A stretch of 48,879 bases of DNA. It comes from Flavobacteriales bacterium. Its GTDB lineage: Bacteria > Bacteroidota > Bacteroidia > UBA4408. Made by a program: the position numbers and the translations under genes. Of the stretch, positions 29,645-39,391 are shown piece by piece; position 1 is the first letter of the stretch, and the number at the start of each line of letters is the position of its first letter. The stretch lies in NCBI GenBank assembly GCA_040383885.1, contig JBEICQ010000003.1, forward strand, positions 1-48,879, read 5' to 3'. Under the pieces are notes generated by a model that saw only the letters and a program-made list of their open reading frames with translations, was not told the DNA's origin and made no database searches.

Positions 29645-30289
29645 TCAGTTTTGTTTTTGCTGTAAAAGGGGAACAAACTTACAGTCGCCAAAGGTAGCGC
29701 TAAGGTATTCGCCTGAGGGGGTTCTGGTAATTCTTGTCATTTCCTGTTTCTCATTACCCACCGGTATCACGAGAATGCCTCCGGGCGCAAGTTGTTCCAG
29801 TAATTCCTGAGGAACATAGGGCGCACCTGCGGTGACAAGAATTTTTTGAAAGGGGGCAAAGCCGGGTAAACCCTTGTACCCATCGGCAAAAAATAATTTT
29901 GGATTGTATCCCATTGCAGGCAGGATCCGACGGGTTTTGTCGAAAAGAGATTTTTGTCTTTCGATGCTGAAAACACGGCAACCCATAGCACACAGGATAC
30001 TTGTTTGATAACCGCTACCGGTACCAACCTCCAGCACCTTTTCGCCTTTTTCCGGTCCCAGTAACTGGGTTTGCAGAGCCACGGTATAAGGCTGAGAAAT
30101 GGTTTGGCCTGCACCGATTGGAAAAGCCTGGTCGCGGTAGGCAAATTCGATAAATGCATTGTCTAAAAAAACATGCCTGGGCACTTTGGCCATGGCTTCC
30201 AACACTCCCTCATGCTGAATACCTTTGCTGCGCAATTCATCTATCATTTTGTTGCGCAGCCCTTTGGTTCTGAATGAATCTTCTGTCAT
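29645..30289 (-). CDS. pcm: Protein-L-isoaspartate O-methyltransferase
   Basis: VPRHVF, GQTISQP, VLEVGTGSGYQ and FVPL. Confidence 0.93.
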   Translation of the reverse strand: MTEDSFRTKGLRNKMIDELRSKGIQHEGVLEAMAKVPRHVFLDNAFIEFAYRDQAFPIGAGQTISQPYTVALQTQLLGPEKGEKVLEVGTGSGYQTSILCAMGCRVFSIERQKSLFDKTRRILPAMGYNPKLFFADGYKGLPGFAPFQKILVTAGAPYVPQELLEQLAPGGILVIPVGNEKQEMTRITRTPSGEYLSATFGDCKFVPLLQQKQN

Positions 30290-30292
30290 GTT

Positions 30293-31540
30293 TTATCCGA
30301 ACGAAACCAAAAAACCCATTTTTTTCAAATCATCCCAAAATCCGGGATAGGATTTACTCACATGTGAAGGATTGGAGATACTTACTTCTCCTTTCCTGAT
30401 GGCAGTCATGGCCAGTCCCATAATGATTCTGTGATCTGCCCATCCGTTGAACAATGGTGTAATTAATTCCGGGCCGGTATCCCCAAAAGACAAGGCATCC
30501 TTTTCCGGATGAATATTTTCGGTACCCAATCCTTGCAGAGATTTTACGAGCGCATCAATGCGGTCTGATTCCTTGATCCGGAGTGTGTAAAGACCATTGG
30601 CTCTTAGTTGAATCTGAGCGGCTGCACAACCGAAAACAAATGGAATAACGATGTCGGGCACATCAGAAAAATCAGCAATGCATTGTTTAATGGTGGTCTT
30701 GCCTTTGGTGATGGTGATACCATTGTCGTTGTACTCAGTTTTCACGCCAAGCAAGCCAAAATAGTCTGCAACTATGCGGTCTCCCTGAAAACTCTCTCTG
30801 TTGAGGCCCGGGAGATGAATCTCCGCTTCATCAGCCAGCAGGGCGGCCTGATACCAGAAGGCAGATGCGCTCCAGTCCGGCTCTACCACATACTTGTTGT
30901 CTGTGAGATTGGTATTGCTGTATGTTCCGCTAAAAACCTCAATCAATTCACCGTTCCAATCGGCCGCAACTCCAAACTTCCGCATCAGACCAAGGGTCAT
31001 GTCAATGTAAGGTTTGGATACGATGTTTCCTTTTATTTCGAGCGTGAAAACATCTTTTGCAAAAGCAGGAGACAACAACAAAAGCGCGGTTATAAACTGA
31101 CTAGACACATCACCTTGTATACTCAGGTTGTTACCTTGTAGTTTTTGACCTTTGATGCGCAAGGGCGGAAAACCGTTTCTGGAGGCATATTCGATGCTTG
31201 CACCCAGTTTGTTTAGTGCCTCTACCAGTGGTCCGATGGGCCGTTGCAACATGCGTGAACTTCCGTTCAAAATATGGGTGCCTTCCCGAGTAGCATAATA
31301 AGCAGTTAAAAAACGCATCACTGTTCCTGAGTCGCCGGCATCAATCATCGCATCACCTGATTGTAATAGCTGCTGCATTTTTTTTGTATCCTCAGCTGCA
31401 GACAAATTTTCAATATCAAATGAATCGCTGCACAAAGCCCGTATCATCAGGCAACGGTTGCTAATGCTTTTTGAACCGGGCAAATGGATGATTCCCCTGA
31501 GTGCCCGGCCTTTTGGATACTTAATGTGAACTTGATTCAA
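30293..31540 (-). CDS. aroA: 3-phosphoshikimate 1-carboxyvinyltransferase (EPSP synthase)
   Basis: PGSKSISNR, SSQF, LRIKESDR, DHR and KSYPGFW. Confidence 0.92.
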   Translation of the reverse strand: MNQVHIKYPKGRALRGIIHLPGSKSISNRCLMIRALCSDSFDIENLSAAEDTKKMQQLLQSGDAMIDAGDSGTVMRFLTAYYATREGTHILNGSSRMLQRPIGPLVEALNKLGASIEYASRNGFPPLRIKGQKLQGNNLSIQGDVSSQFITALLLLSPAFAKDVFTLEIKGNIVSKPYIDMTLGLMRKFGVAADWNGELIEVFSGTYSNTNLTDNKYVVEPDWSASAFWYQAALLADEAEIHLPGLNRESFQGDRIVADYFGLLGVKTEYNDNGITITKGKTTIKQCIADFSDVPDIVIPFVFGCAAAQIQLRANGLYTLRIKESDRIDALVKSLQGLGTENIHPEKDALSFGDTGPELITPLFNGWADHRIIMGLAMTAIRKGEVSISNPSHVSKSYPGFWDDLKKMGFLVSFG

Positions 31541-32574
31541 ATCTTTTGGTATTGTAGTGAATAATAGGAAAGTGCCTGTTGTGCCTCCGGTTCACTTACC
31601 CATACACCATATGCACATTCTTTGGTTGTCTCCATCAGGCTCATGCGTATTTGTCCCCCGGAATTCCTTTTATCGTGGTAAATGTAATGGCTGAGTTCAT
31701 TCCAGTTTGGAGCAGGCACCGGCAGATAATAAACATTGATTGTTGATAACAACTCATTGAGCCATTTTTCTGAAAGTTTGAACTTCCTCAGGCTGATATA
31801 TGCTTCCATTACCATTCCGGCAGCAATTGCCTCCCCATGTAAAAGAGGATGGGGAGAATTTTGCGAAAGAGCTTCGATGGCGTGGCCCATGGTGTGACCA
31901 AAATTCAGACACTGTCTGATGCCTTTGTCATACGGATCTGAAGTTGTTATTTGTAGTTTATGGAGGGCTGCCTCCCTGATCAAGAAAGACAGATTATCTG
32001 AAAAAAAAGAAGGAGTTCTTAGGGCATAAAAATTACCACCCGATAGGATTCTGGATTTGATGATTTCTGCATAACCATTGATTTTTTCGCGCGGAGGGAG
32101 GCTTTCCAAAAAACCCATCCATATGAGAATGTGATTAGGTTCATAAAAGCTGCCAAGGATGTTTTTTACCCCTTTGAAGTCCACTCCATTTTTGCCTCCA
32201 ATAGCGGCATCGCACATCGCCATGATGGTGGTGGGTATCAAGTGTAGAGAAATTCCTCTTTTGTATACGGAGGCGCAGAGGGCAGCAACATCTGTTACTA
32301 CTCCCCCACCCAGGGCTATCAACACATCTGATTTCTGAAAATGATTTTCATGAAGCAGATTCCAGATTGCCATGCATGTGTCGATATTTTTAGAGGATTC
32401 GCCGGGCTGCATCACATAAAGAAACCTGTTTTCCGGCAACAGGTGACCGATGAGCGGCAGGCAATGGGTTTGGGTATTTACATCACAAACAACAAGGCAT
32501 TGATTGCCTTTGTCTTGCAGAAATGGATGCATCTCCTCAAGAGAATCAAAAAAAACCGGGGGCTTGTTGAGCAC
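31537..32574 (-). CDS. aroB: 3-dehydroquinate synthase
   Basis: GGGVVTD, DAAIGGKNG, LNFGHTMGHAIE and HGEAI. Start uncertain (GTG 32574 or 32580). Confidence 0.9.
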   Translation of the reverse strand: MLNKPPVFFDSLEEMHPFLQDKGNQCLVVCDVNTQTHCLPLIGHLLPENRFLYVMQPGESSKNIDTCMAIWNLLHENHFQKSDVLIALGGGVVTDVAALCASVYKRGISLHLIPTTIMAMCDAAIGGKNGVDFKGVKNILGSFYEPNHILIWMGFLESLPPREKINGYAEIIKSRILSGGNFYALRTPSFFSDNLSFLIREAALHKLQITTSDPYDKGIRQCLNFGHTMGHAIEALSQNSPHPLLHGEAIAAGMVMEAYISLRKFKLSEKWLNELLSTINVYYLPVPAPNWNELSHYIYHDKRNSGGQIRMSLMETTKECAYGVWVSEPEAQQALSYYSLQYQKI

Positions 32575-32701
32575 AATCACAAAAAAAATACAAACACTTA
32601 GACCATTCTTACATGATTCAAAAAAAATACCCCTGCACATTGTTGATAAGTATCGTTGTCGGCAGTTCCTTTCAAACACTACGGAATTACTTTTGGGATC
32701 T

Positions 32702-34429
32702 ATGAACCTACACTGGACCGACTGGAGCATCATTGTTGCTTATCTGGCTCTCTCGCTGGGTATTGGCTTGTATTACCGCAAGCGTGCAGGCCGCAACATG
32801 AGTGAGTTTTTTTTGGGGGGAAGATCCCTTTCCTGGTTCCTTGCCGGCATTTCGATGGTGGCCACCACATTTGCAGCCGATACCCCTCTGGCGGTAAACG
32901 AACTGGTGGCTAAAAATGGCATTGCCGGCAACTGGTTATGGTGGAGTTTTTTGCTTGGCGGGATGCTCACTACTTTTTTCTTTTCGGGTTTGTGGAGGCG
33001 GGCAGAGATATTAACAGAGGCAGAGTTGGTGGAGTTTCGTTACGGAGGAAAACCGGCTGCCTGGCTCAGGGGATTTAAGGCCGTCTACCTGGGTTTGTTT
33101 ATCAATTGTTTAATCATTGGTTGGGTCAATCTGGCACTGGTTTCCATCCTGCAGGTTTTTTTTGGTATCAGCGAACAAACGGCTTTGTGGTATGTTGGGG
33201 GAGCCATGCTCATTACCTCAGTGTATTCAGCCATTTCGGGTTTAATGGGTGTGGCAGTAACAGATGCCGTCCAATTCCTGATTGCCATGGCAGGTTGTAT
33301 TGTTCTGGCAGTGTTGGTTGTTGAATCTCCCCGAATAGGCGGCCTGGAAGGACTCAAGGCAAAACTCCCCGAAGGCTCACTGGATTTTTTTCCGAAGATT
33401 GGATCGGAGAATGTCCTGGGCACGCTGAGTATTTCACTGGGTGCTTTTTTAGCTTATACCACCGTGATGTGGTGGAGCAGCTGGTATCCGGGAGCAGAAC
33501 CCGGCGGAGGCGGCTATGTGGCCCAGCGCATGATGAGCGCGAAAGATGAAAAAAACAGCATTCTCGCCACCCTGCTTTTTCAGGTTGCGCATTATTGTAT
33601 TCGTCCCTGGCCATGGATTTTGGTTGGACTGTGTTCCATCGTTCTTTATCCCGAACTGGCCGAGGATGAGAAGCGTCTTGGTTATGTGCTTGCGATGAAA
33701 GAGTTTTTGCCTGCAGGCTTAAAAGGCCTGTTGCTGGTTGCTTTTTTGGCTGCCTACATGAGTACCATCTCCACACAACTTAACTGGGGTGCCAGCTACC
33801 TTGTGAATGATTTATACCGGCGATTCATCAAACCTGATGTATCCGATGAAAAGCATTATGTACAAGTAGCAAGGTATATCACCATCGCTTGCATGGTGGT
33901 ATCGCTGTTTGTTACTTCCCGCATCGCATCCATTTCCGGGGTATGGGGTTTTATCATTGAATGCGGGGCAGGCCTGGGTGCAGTGCTGATCCTGCGCTGG
34001 TATTGGTGGCGGATCAATGCCTATGCAGAGATCGCAGCCACCCTGAGTCCGTTTGTTTTTTATGGCATTGCCCGGTATTCCGGATGGGTTTTTCCGGAGA
34101 GCTACTTTTTTACGGTTGGGCTCACCACTGTCACCTGGCTCTGCGTGATGTGGCTCACTCCTGCTGAGGATACAAAGCACCTGCAGAAATTTTATGACAG
34201 GGTAAGGCCCGGAGGATGGTGGAAGCCTTTTTCGGGGGGAACAAACAGGGGCCAATCGGGTTGGCTTATCGCAGCATGGCTCTCAGCAACCGTGGGAACC
34301 TACTCCATACTTTTTGCCACGGGCTATTTCCTCTTCGGTAATTGGGAATTGCTGGCTACCTGTGTATTAAGCGCATGTGCTTCCTTCGGTATCCTACTTA
34401 AGGCACTGAACAAGGTTTCGGTTTTGTGA
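32702..34429 (+). CDS. Sodium:solute symporter (SSS) family protein
   Basis: FFLGGRSL, SMVATTFAADTP, YVAQRMMSAK and AAYMST. ATG 32702 lies 6 nt after TACTTTTG. Confidence 0.9.
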   Translation: MNLHWTDWSIIVAYLALSLGIGLYYRKRAGRNMSEFFLGGRSLSWFLAGISMVATTFAADTPLAVNELVAKNGIAGNWLWWSFLLGGMLTTFFFSGLWRRAEILTEAELVEFRYGGKPAAWLRGFKAVYLGLFINCLIIGWVNLALVSILQVFFGISEQTALWYVGGAMLITSVYSAISGLMGVAVTDAVQFLIAMAGCIVLAVLVVESPRIGGLEGLKAKLPEGSLDFFPKIGSENVLGTLSISLGAFLAYTTVMWWSSWYPGAEPGGGGYVAQRMMSAKDEKNSILATLLFQVAHYCIRPWPWILVGLCSIVLYPELAEDEKRLGYVLAMKEFLPAGLKGLLLVAFLAAYMSTISTQLNWGASYLVNDLYRRFIKPDVSDEKHYVQVARYITIACMVVSLFVTSRIASISGVWGFIIECGAGLGAVLILRWYWWRINAYAEIAATLSPFVFYGIARYSGWVFPESYFFTVGLTTVTWLCVMWLTPAEDTKHLQKFYDRVRPGGWWKPFSGGTNRGQSGWLIAAWLSATVGTYSILFATGYFLFGNWELLATCVLSACASFGILLKALNKVSVL

Positions 34430-34452
34430 GCGTGGAAAAAATGCTAAGTTTG
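34423..34452 (+). promoter_or_regulatory. Bacteroidota sigma-A-like promoter for the four-gene operon
   Basis: TTTG (34423-34426), 18 nt spacer, TAAGTTTG (34445-34452). Confidence 0.5.
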
Positions 34453-34471
34453 CGTATCAATTCAATCAGGT

Positions 34472-35371
34472 ATGTATAAACCCCTCCGAATCTTTTACAC
34501 AGCTGTCTTTTTTGCGGCTTTCACACTTGCTTTTTGGTCCTGTAGCGGAAATACCAAAAGTGAACTCGAACAGGAAGCTGAAAAGCTGGACAGTAATAAG
34601 TCAAACCTCATCAACATCAATGGCACCTTGTTTTGCATCCCCTCTCCCCTGCAAACATCCATGCTCCTCAAACAAAGCGGTGCCAAATACGACAAGACCA
34701 TCCTGAATCCTGCTGCCAACATCAGCAAGTATTCCACCTCGGTAAAGAAGTCCCTCAACCTCGGTGTGTACGGAGCAGATTTAGGATATGTGATTTTATA
34801 CCAGCAAACGCAGGATGCACTCGCTTACATGTCCATTCTCAAAAAGCTGGGAGATGATGTGGGGATCTCAGGTGCCTTTGATGAAGCACTGCTCAAGCGG
34901 TTTGAAAAAAATCTTTCTGTGCAGGATTCACTTATGGCCATGAGTGGTGAGGCATTCCGCAACACGGATGCCTTTTTGAAAAACAATGACCGTATGGATG
35001 CAAGTGCACTGATTGTTGCAGGTGGCTGGATTGAGAGTGTGTATTTTATCTCTGCTTACACATCAAGAGTAAACGATAAAAATAAAATTATTCAGCGACT
35101 GGGGGAACAAAAATCCACGCTGGACAATCTCATCAAAATGCTTACTCCTTACTACCAGCAGGAAGGGTACACCGAATTTATTGATGCATTGACTGATCTG
35201 GCATCAGACTTCGACCAGGTAGAGATGAAGTATACTTATGTGAAACCGGAGCATGACGAGGTCAACAAAATTACCACCATTAAGAGCACCAGTTCAGCAG
35301 TAGTAGCACCGGAAGTGCTCAAAAGCATCATAGATAAAATTACCAAACTCCGTAACAGCGTCATTCAATAA
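34472..35371 (+). CDS. Uncharacterised alpha-helical lipoprotein
   Basis: Lipobox FWSC; IPSPLQ, LNLGVYGADLGY and GGWIESVY; helical periodicity. Confidence 0.7.
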   Translation: MYKPLRIFYTAVFFAAFTLAFWSCSGNTKSELEQEAEKLDSNKSNLININGTLFCIPSPLQTSMLLKQSGAKYDKTILNPAANISKYSTSVKKSLNLGVYGADLGYVILYQQTQDALAYMSILKKLGDDVGISGAFDEALLKRFEKNLSVQDSLMAMSGEAFRNTDAFLKNNDRMDASALIVAGGWIESVYFISAYTSRVNDKNKIIQRLGEQKSTLDNLIKMLTPYYQQEGYTEFIDALTDLASDFDQVEMKYTYVKPEHDEVNKITTIKSTSSAVVAPEVLKSIIDKITKLRNSVIQ

Positions 35372-35373
35372 GC

Positions 35374-35790
35374 ATGAAAAAATTCATTCTTCTCCTTGCC
35401 ATTTCCATCTGGTTTTTACCGGCTACTCTTCGTGCCCAGTGCGACACCATCGCATCGCTTTGCGTAAAAAACCTGACGGCCAAATACATCTCCGACGGCC
35501 AACAATACAGAGCCCTTTTGCTGAGCAAAGAAGTGGCAGAGTTCAATGCTACCTTTTACGGAGGCACCACTTATCGATTGGCTGCCTGCTCAGGACTGAA
35601 AGACGGTAGTTTGGAATTCCGCATTTTTGATAAACAGCGAAATTTGCTTTTTACAAACATTGAACATAAAAATGCACCCTACTGGGATTTTAAATTTGAA
35701 TCTACCATGGATTGTATTATCGAAGCTCAGCTGATTGACCCCAATGTTAAATCAGGATGTGCGGTATTACTCATCAGCTTCAAAAAATAA
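35374..35790 (+). CDS. Uncharacterised small secreted Cys-containing beta protein
   Basis: Signal peptide ending LRA-QC, several Cys and short beta strands; 2 nt after the previous stop. Confidence 0.7.
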   Translation: MKKFILLLAISIWFLPATLRAQCDTIASLCVKNLTAKYISDGQQYRALLLSKEVAEFNATFYGGTTYRLAACSGLKDGSLEFRIFDKQRNLLFTNIEHKNAPYWDFKFESTMDCIIEAQLIDPNVKSGCAVLLISFKK

Positions 35791-35809
35791 CCGAACGCTT
35801 CTGCGGTGC

Positions 35810-36220
35810 ATGATATTCATTCGTTTTTCTGCCATCTGCATCGTTTTAATCTCACGGGTCGTGTTAGTAAACGCCCAAACTGTTTTTCATCCTGAGGAGA
35901 TGACAACAGACACCTTACAGGATATCTGGGTAAAACCACTTGCCTCTGATAGTTTATCATCTTCTTTCCTGATTTCGGTAAAAAAACAAGTTCCGCTTCA
36001 CCTGCATGCCATGCATGCTGAACATGTATATGTATTGAGCGGAAAGGGATTGATGACCCTCGGCGAAAAGCAAATAATGATAGCGCCCGGCGATTTCTTT
36101 TTTATTCCACAGAACACGCCACACGCATTGCTTGTAACAGAATCACCCGTAAAAATTCTATCCATTCAATCACCCCGGTTCGATGGCAAAGACCGCGTGC
36201 TCTTGGAACAAAAAAAATAA
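35810..36220 (+). CDS. Cupin-domain protein with a probable signal peptide
   Basis: Cupin motifs LHLHAMHAEHVYVLSGKG and PGDFFFIPQNTPH; hydrophobic N-terminus ending VNA-Q. Confidence 0.8.
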   Translation: MIFIRFSAICIVLISRVVLVNAQTVFHPEEMTTDTLQDIWVKPLASDSLSSSFLISVKKQVPLHLHAMHAEHVYVLSGKGLMTLGEKQIMIAPGDFFFIPQNTPHALLVTESPVKILSIQSPRFDGKDRVLLEQKK

Positions 36221-36223
36221 ACC

Positions 36224-39200
36224 ATGTCAGAAAATATTCTTCGGGCGCTGATGCGTCTTTTTGCCCTGATTTCCAAAGTTGAAGATGAAGCGTCCATGCA
36301 AAAAGGCCTGGGTGTGGTAAAGGACTATCTGGCTCAACAGCTCAACACTGAACAAGTTGCGCTTTATCTTGAGTTATACAAAGAGTTTTTGGTTTCTCAC
36401 CACAAGCTGAATGATACCAGCAAGGCCAGCAAGCGTGTGTCGCTCAATTCTGTGAAAGTGCTGCGTATCTGTACCGAGATCAATGGTGAACTGCTGCAAA
36501 GGCAAAAAGTAATTGTGCTCATCAGACTTGTTGAATTTATCAACTCAGCAACCGCAGTATCAGATCAAGAGCTCGAGTTTTTGGAAAGTGTTGCGCAAAC
36601 ATTCAACATTCCCGACGAGGAATTCCGCAGACTAAAGCAGTTTATCAATATCCATTCTGCAACCACCGAACCCATCGGAGAATTGCTGGTAATCAGCGGA
36701 AGTAAAAGAGAACAGACTGGAGGAAAATTTCTTTATGCAGACGGAATGGATGGAGAAATCATGGTTATTCCCGTGCCAAGTGTGCAATTATATGTATGCA
36801 GATACATGGGCACTTCCGAGATATACCTGAACGGTCAGGTGATCAACGATAACAAGCTCCACATACTCACACAGGGATCCATCATCCGTGGTAGCAGAAT
36901 GAGTCCTGTTTTCTACAGCGAAATCATCTCGCAGTATATGCAGGAAAACCGGGAAAAAACAATTGTTTTTGAAGCCAAAGACCTCGAATATCATTTTAAG
37001 AGCGGAAAAAAAGGACTGCACACACTCCGCTTTACTGAGGAATCAGGAACGCTTGTGGGAATCATGGGCGGAAGCGGTGCGGGTAAATCAACAGTACTGA
37101 ATGTACTGAACGGAAATGAAAAGCCATCCTCCGGAAAAGTTACCATTAACGGCATTGATATCCATCATGAAAAACACCGCATAGAAGGTGTGATAGGATA
37201 TGTTTCTCAGGATGATTTGTTGATAGATGAACTCACTGTTTATCAAAATCTATTCTACAATGCAAAACTGTGTTTCGGCCAATATGACGATGAGAAAATC
37301 TCAAAACTTGTCATGGATTTGCTGCTCAGTTTGGGACTTCAGGATACTGCCCATCTCAAGGTAGGAAGCCCGCTCGACAAGACCATCTCCGGAGGCCAAC
37401 GCAAGCGCTTGAATATTGGCCTTGAATTGATCCGCGAGCCTGCTGTGCTTTTTGTAGATGAACCAACTTCCGGACTTTCATCCAGGGATTCTGAAAACAT
37501 CATGGACCTGCTGAAAGAACTTTCTCAAAAAGGGAAACTTGTTTTTGTGGTGATACATCAGCCCAGTTCGGATATTTTTAAAATGTTTGACAAGCTGCTA
37601 ATTCTCGATCTTGGCGGTTACCCTATTTATTACGGGAATCCCGTAGAGTCGCTTATCTATTTTAAGAAGCGGGTAAACCATGTAAATGCGGGTGAAAGTG
37701 AGTGTATTCATTGCGGTAATGTAAATCCGGAACAGGTATTCAATATCATTGAAACCCGGGTTGTTGATGAGTATGGAAACCAAACCGTAAACCGTAAGAT
37801 TTCACCTTCTGAGTGGAACCAGGAATATATCAAGTACCTGAAACCCCCGAGCGAGAAACAAAAAGCCTACACGGAAATTCCTGAAAGTACTTTTAAAATC
37901 CCAAATCCCTTCAGGCAGTTCGTCATCTTTGTAACCAGGGATGTGCTCTCCAAGCTTACCAATGTTCAATACCTTGCCATCAATACCCTTGAAACACCCT
38001 TGTTGGCAATTATTTTAGCCTGGCTTGTAAAATTCTTCATTACCGAGGGAGGCAGTAAAAGTGGCTATCATTTTTTTGAAAACGAAAATATTCCTGCCTA
38101 CATTCTGATGGGTGTGGTAATTGCATTGTTTGTGGGACTTACAGTGAGTGCAGAGGAAATTTTTAAAGACCGAAAAATTCTCAAAAGAGAATCCTTCCTC
38201 AATCTCTCCAGAACAAGTTACCTGTGGTCTAAAATCGCTATTTTGTTTTCGCTATCAGCCATACAGACCCTCATGTTTGTGTTGCTAGGGAATACCATCC
38301 TTGGCATCAATGGTATGTATTTCGATTACTGGCTCATGCTCTTCAGCGTTTCTTGTTTTGCAAACATGCTTGGACTAAATATCTCTGCCAGTTTTAATTC
38401 TGCAGTTACCATCTATATCCTGATTCCGTTCCTGATTATTCCGCAGCTCATCCTGAGCGGAGTAATTGTGAAGTTTGACAAGCTGCATCCAAAAATCACT
38501 TCACAGGCAAAAGTACCGGTAGTAGGTGACTTAATGGCTTCACGATGGGCGTATGAGGCACTTGCCGTGAATCAGTTCCGGAACAATGCATATGAAAAAC
38601 CCTTGTATGAATTCGACAGACTCAAAAGTGAAGCCGACTGGAGAAAAACCTACTGGGTTGTGGAGATGAAACAAATCCTGGATGCAATTGGTGATAATCT
38701 GGAAAGAACCGAACCCGAATTACATCAAAAAGTGCAGGATGATCTTGCACTTATCCGAACTGAACTGGAAGCACACAATAAAGTTTGTCCGCTCACATTC
38801 AATCAGAATGATAAACTAAGCGTAGAAAGTTTTAACAAACAAACCCTGGAAACAGTCAATGCCTATCTCGACAATGTTTCCGGTTTCTACAAAAGGAAAT
38901 ACAATTTTGTAAGCAAAAAGAAAGACGCCTATGTCTATTCACTTACCAGTAACTCTGCCTCCAGAGAAGCTTATGAAATCCTGAGGGATGAAAATGAAAA
39001 TGAAAACCTGAGCATGTTGGTTACACAAAAGAATGTGCTCGATAAAAAAATCATCCGAACAGAAGGCCGCCTGGTGCAAAAAGCGGATCCCATATTCAAT
39101 AATCCCTCCGCCAATACATTTCTCAGGGCACATTTTTTTGCCCCTACTAAATCAATATTCGGCAACCGCATGAATACCTATTGGGTGAACTTCTCCGTAA

Positions 39201-39316
39201 TCTGGTTCATGTCTTTGGCTTTGCTGGTTACATTGTATTTTGATGCCTTTAAAAAACTGCTCGACTTGTTTGGTAAAATCAAAATCAGTAGGCTGTTTGC
39301 CAAGGGAAAAAAGTAA
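36224..39316 (+). CDS. ABCG/White-type ABC transporter (NBD-TMD) with N-terminal TerB-like and FHA-like domains
   Basis: Walker A GGSGAGKST, YVSQDD, ISGGQRKR, LFVDEPTSGL and VIHQPS; six-TM ABC-2 domain. The N-terminal ~140 aa is helical and TerB-like. Confidence 0.8.
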   Translation: MSENILRALMRLFALISKVEDEASMQKGLGVVKDYLAQQLNTEQVALYLELYKEFLVSHHKLNDTSKASKRVSLNSVKVLRICTEINGELLQRQKVIVLIRLVEFINSATAVSDQELEFLESVAQTFNIPDEEFRRLKQFINIHSATTEPIGELLVISGSKREQTGGKFLYADGMDGEIMVIPVPSVQLYVCRYMGTSEIYLNGQVINDNKLHILTQGSIIRGSRMSPVFYSEIISQYMQENREKTIVFEAKDLEYHFKSGKKGLHTLRFTEESGTLVGIMGGSGAGKSTVLNVLNGNEKPSSGKVTINGIDIHHEKHRIEGVIGYVSQDDLLIDELTVYQNLFYNAKLCFGQYDDEKISKLVMDLLLSLGLQDTAHLKVGSPLDKTISGGQRKRLNIGLELIREPAVLFVDEPTSGLSSRDSENIMDLLKELSQKGKLVFVVIHQPSSDIFKMFDKLLILDLGGYPIYYGNPVESLIYFKKRVNHVNAGESECIHCGNVNPEQVFNIIETRVVDEYGNQTVNRKISPSEWNQEYIKYLKPPSEKQKAYTEIPESTFKIPNPFRQFVIFVTRDVLSKLTNVQYLAINTLETPLLAIILAWLVKFFITEGGSKSGYHFFENENIPAYILMGVVIALFVGLTVSAEEIFKDRKILKRESFLNLSRTSYLWSKIAILFSLSAIQTLMFVLLGNTILGINGMYFDYWLMLFSVSCFANMLGLNISASFNSAVTIYILIPFLIIPQLILSGVIVKFDKLHPKITSQAKVPVVGDLMASRWAYEALAVNQFRNNAYEKPLYEFDRLKSEADWRKTYWVVEMKQILDAIGDNLERTEPELHQKVQDDLALIRTELEAHNKVCPLTFNQNDKLSVESFNKQTLETVNAYLDNVSGFYKRKYNFVSKKKDAYVYSLTSNSASREAYEILRDENENENLSMLVTQKNVLDKKIIRTEGRLVQKADPIFNNPSANTFLRAHFFAPTKSIFGNRMNTYWVNFSVIWFMSLALLVTLYFDAFKKLLDLFGKIKISRLFAKGKK

Positions 39317-39391
39317 TTGCAAAATACTTAGTATCCATTTTTTTCTACTCTACCGGCTTTCCTGAGTAAGTAAATGTAGAAGTTTGCATCA

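Noticed and set aside
32504-32733. Apparent head-to-head overlap of aroB and the SSS symporter
   Set aside because: Artefact of maximal ORF extension. Likely starts (~32574 and 32702) leave a normal divergent gap.
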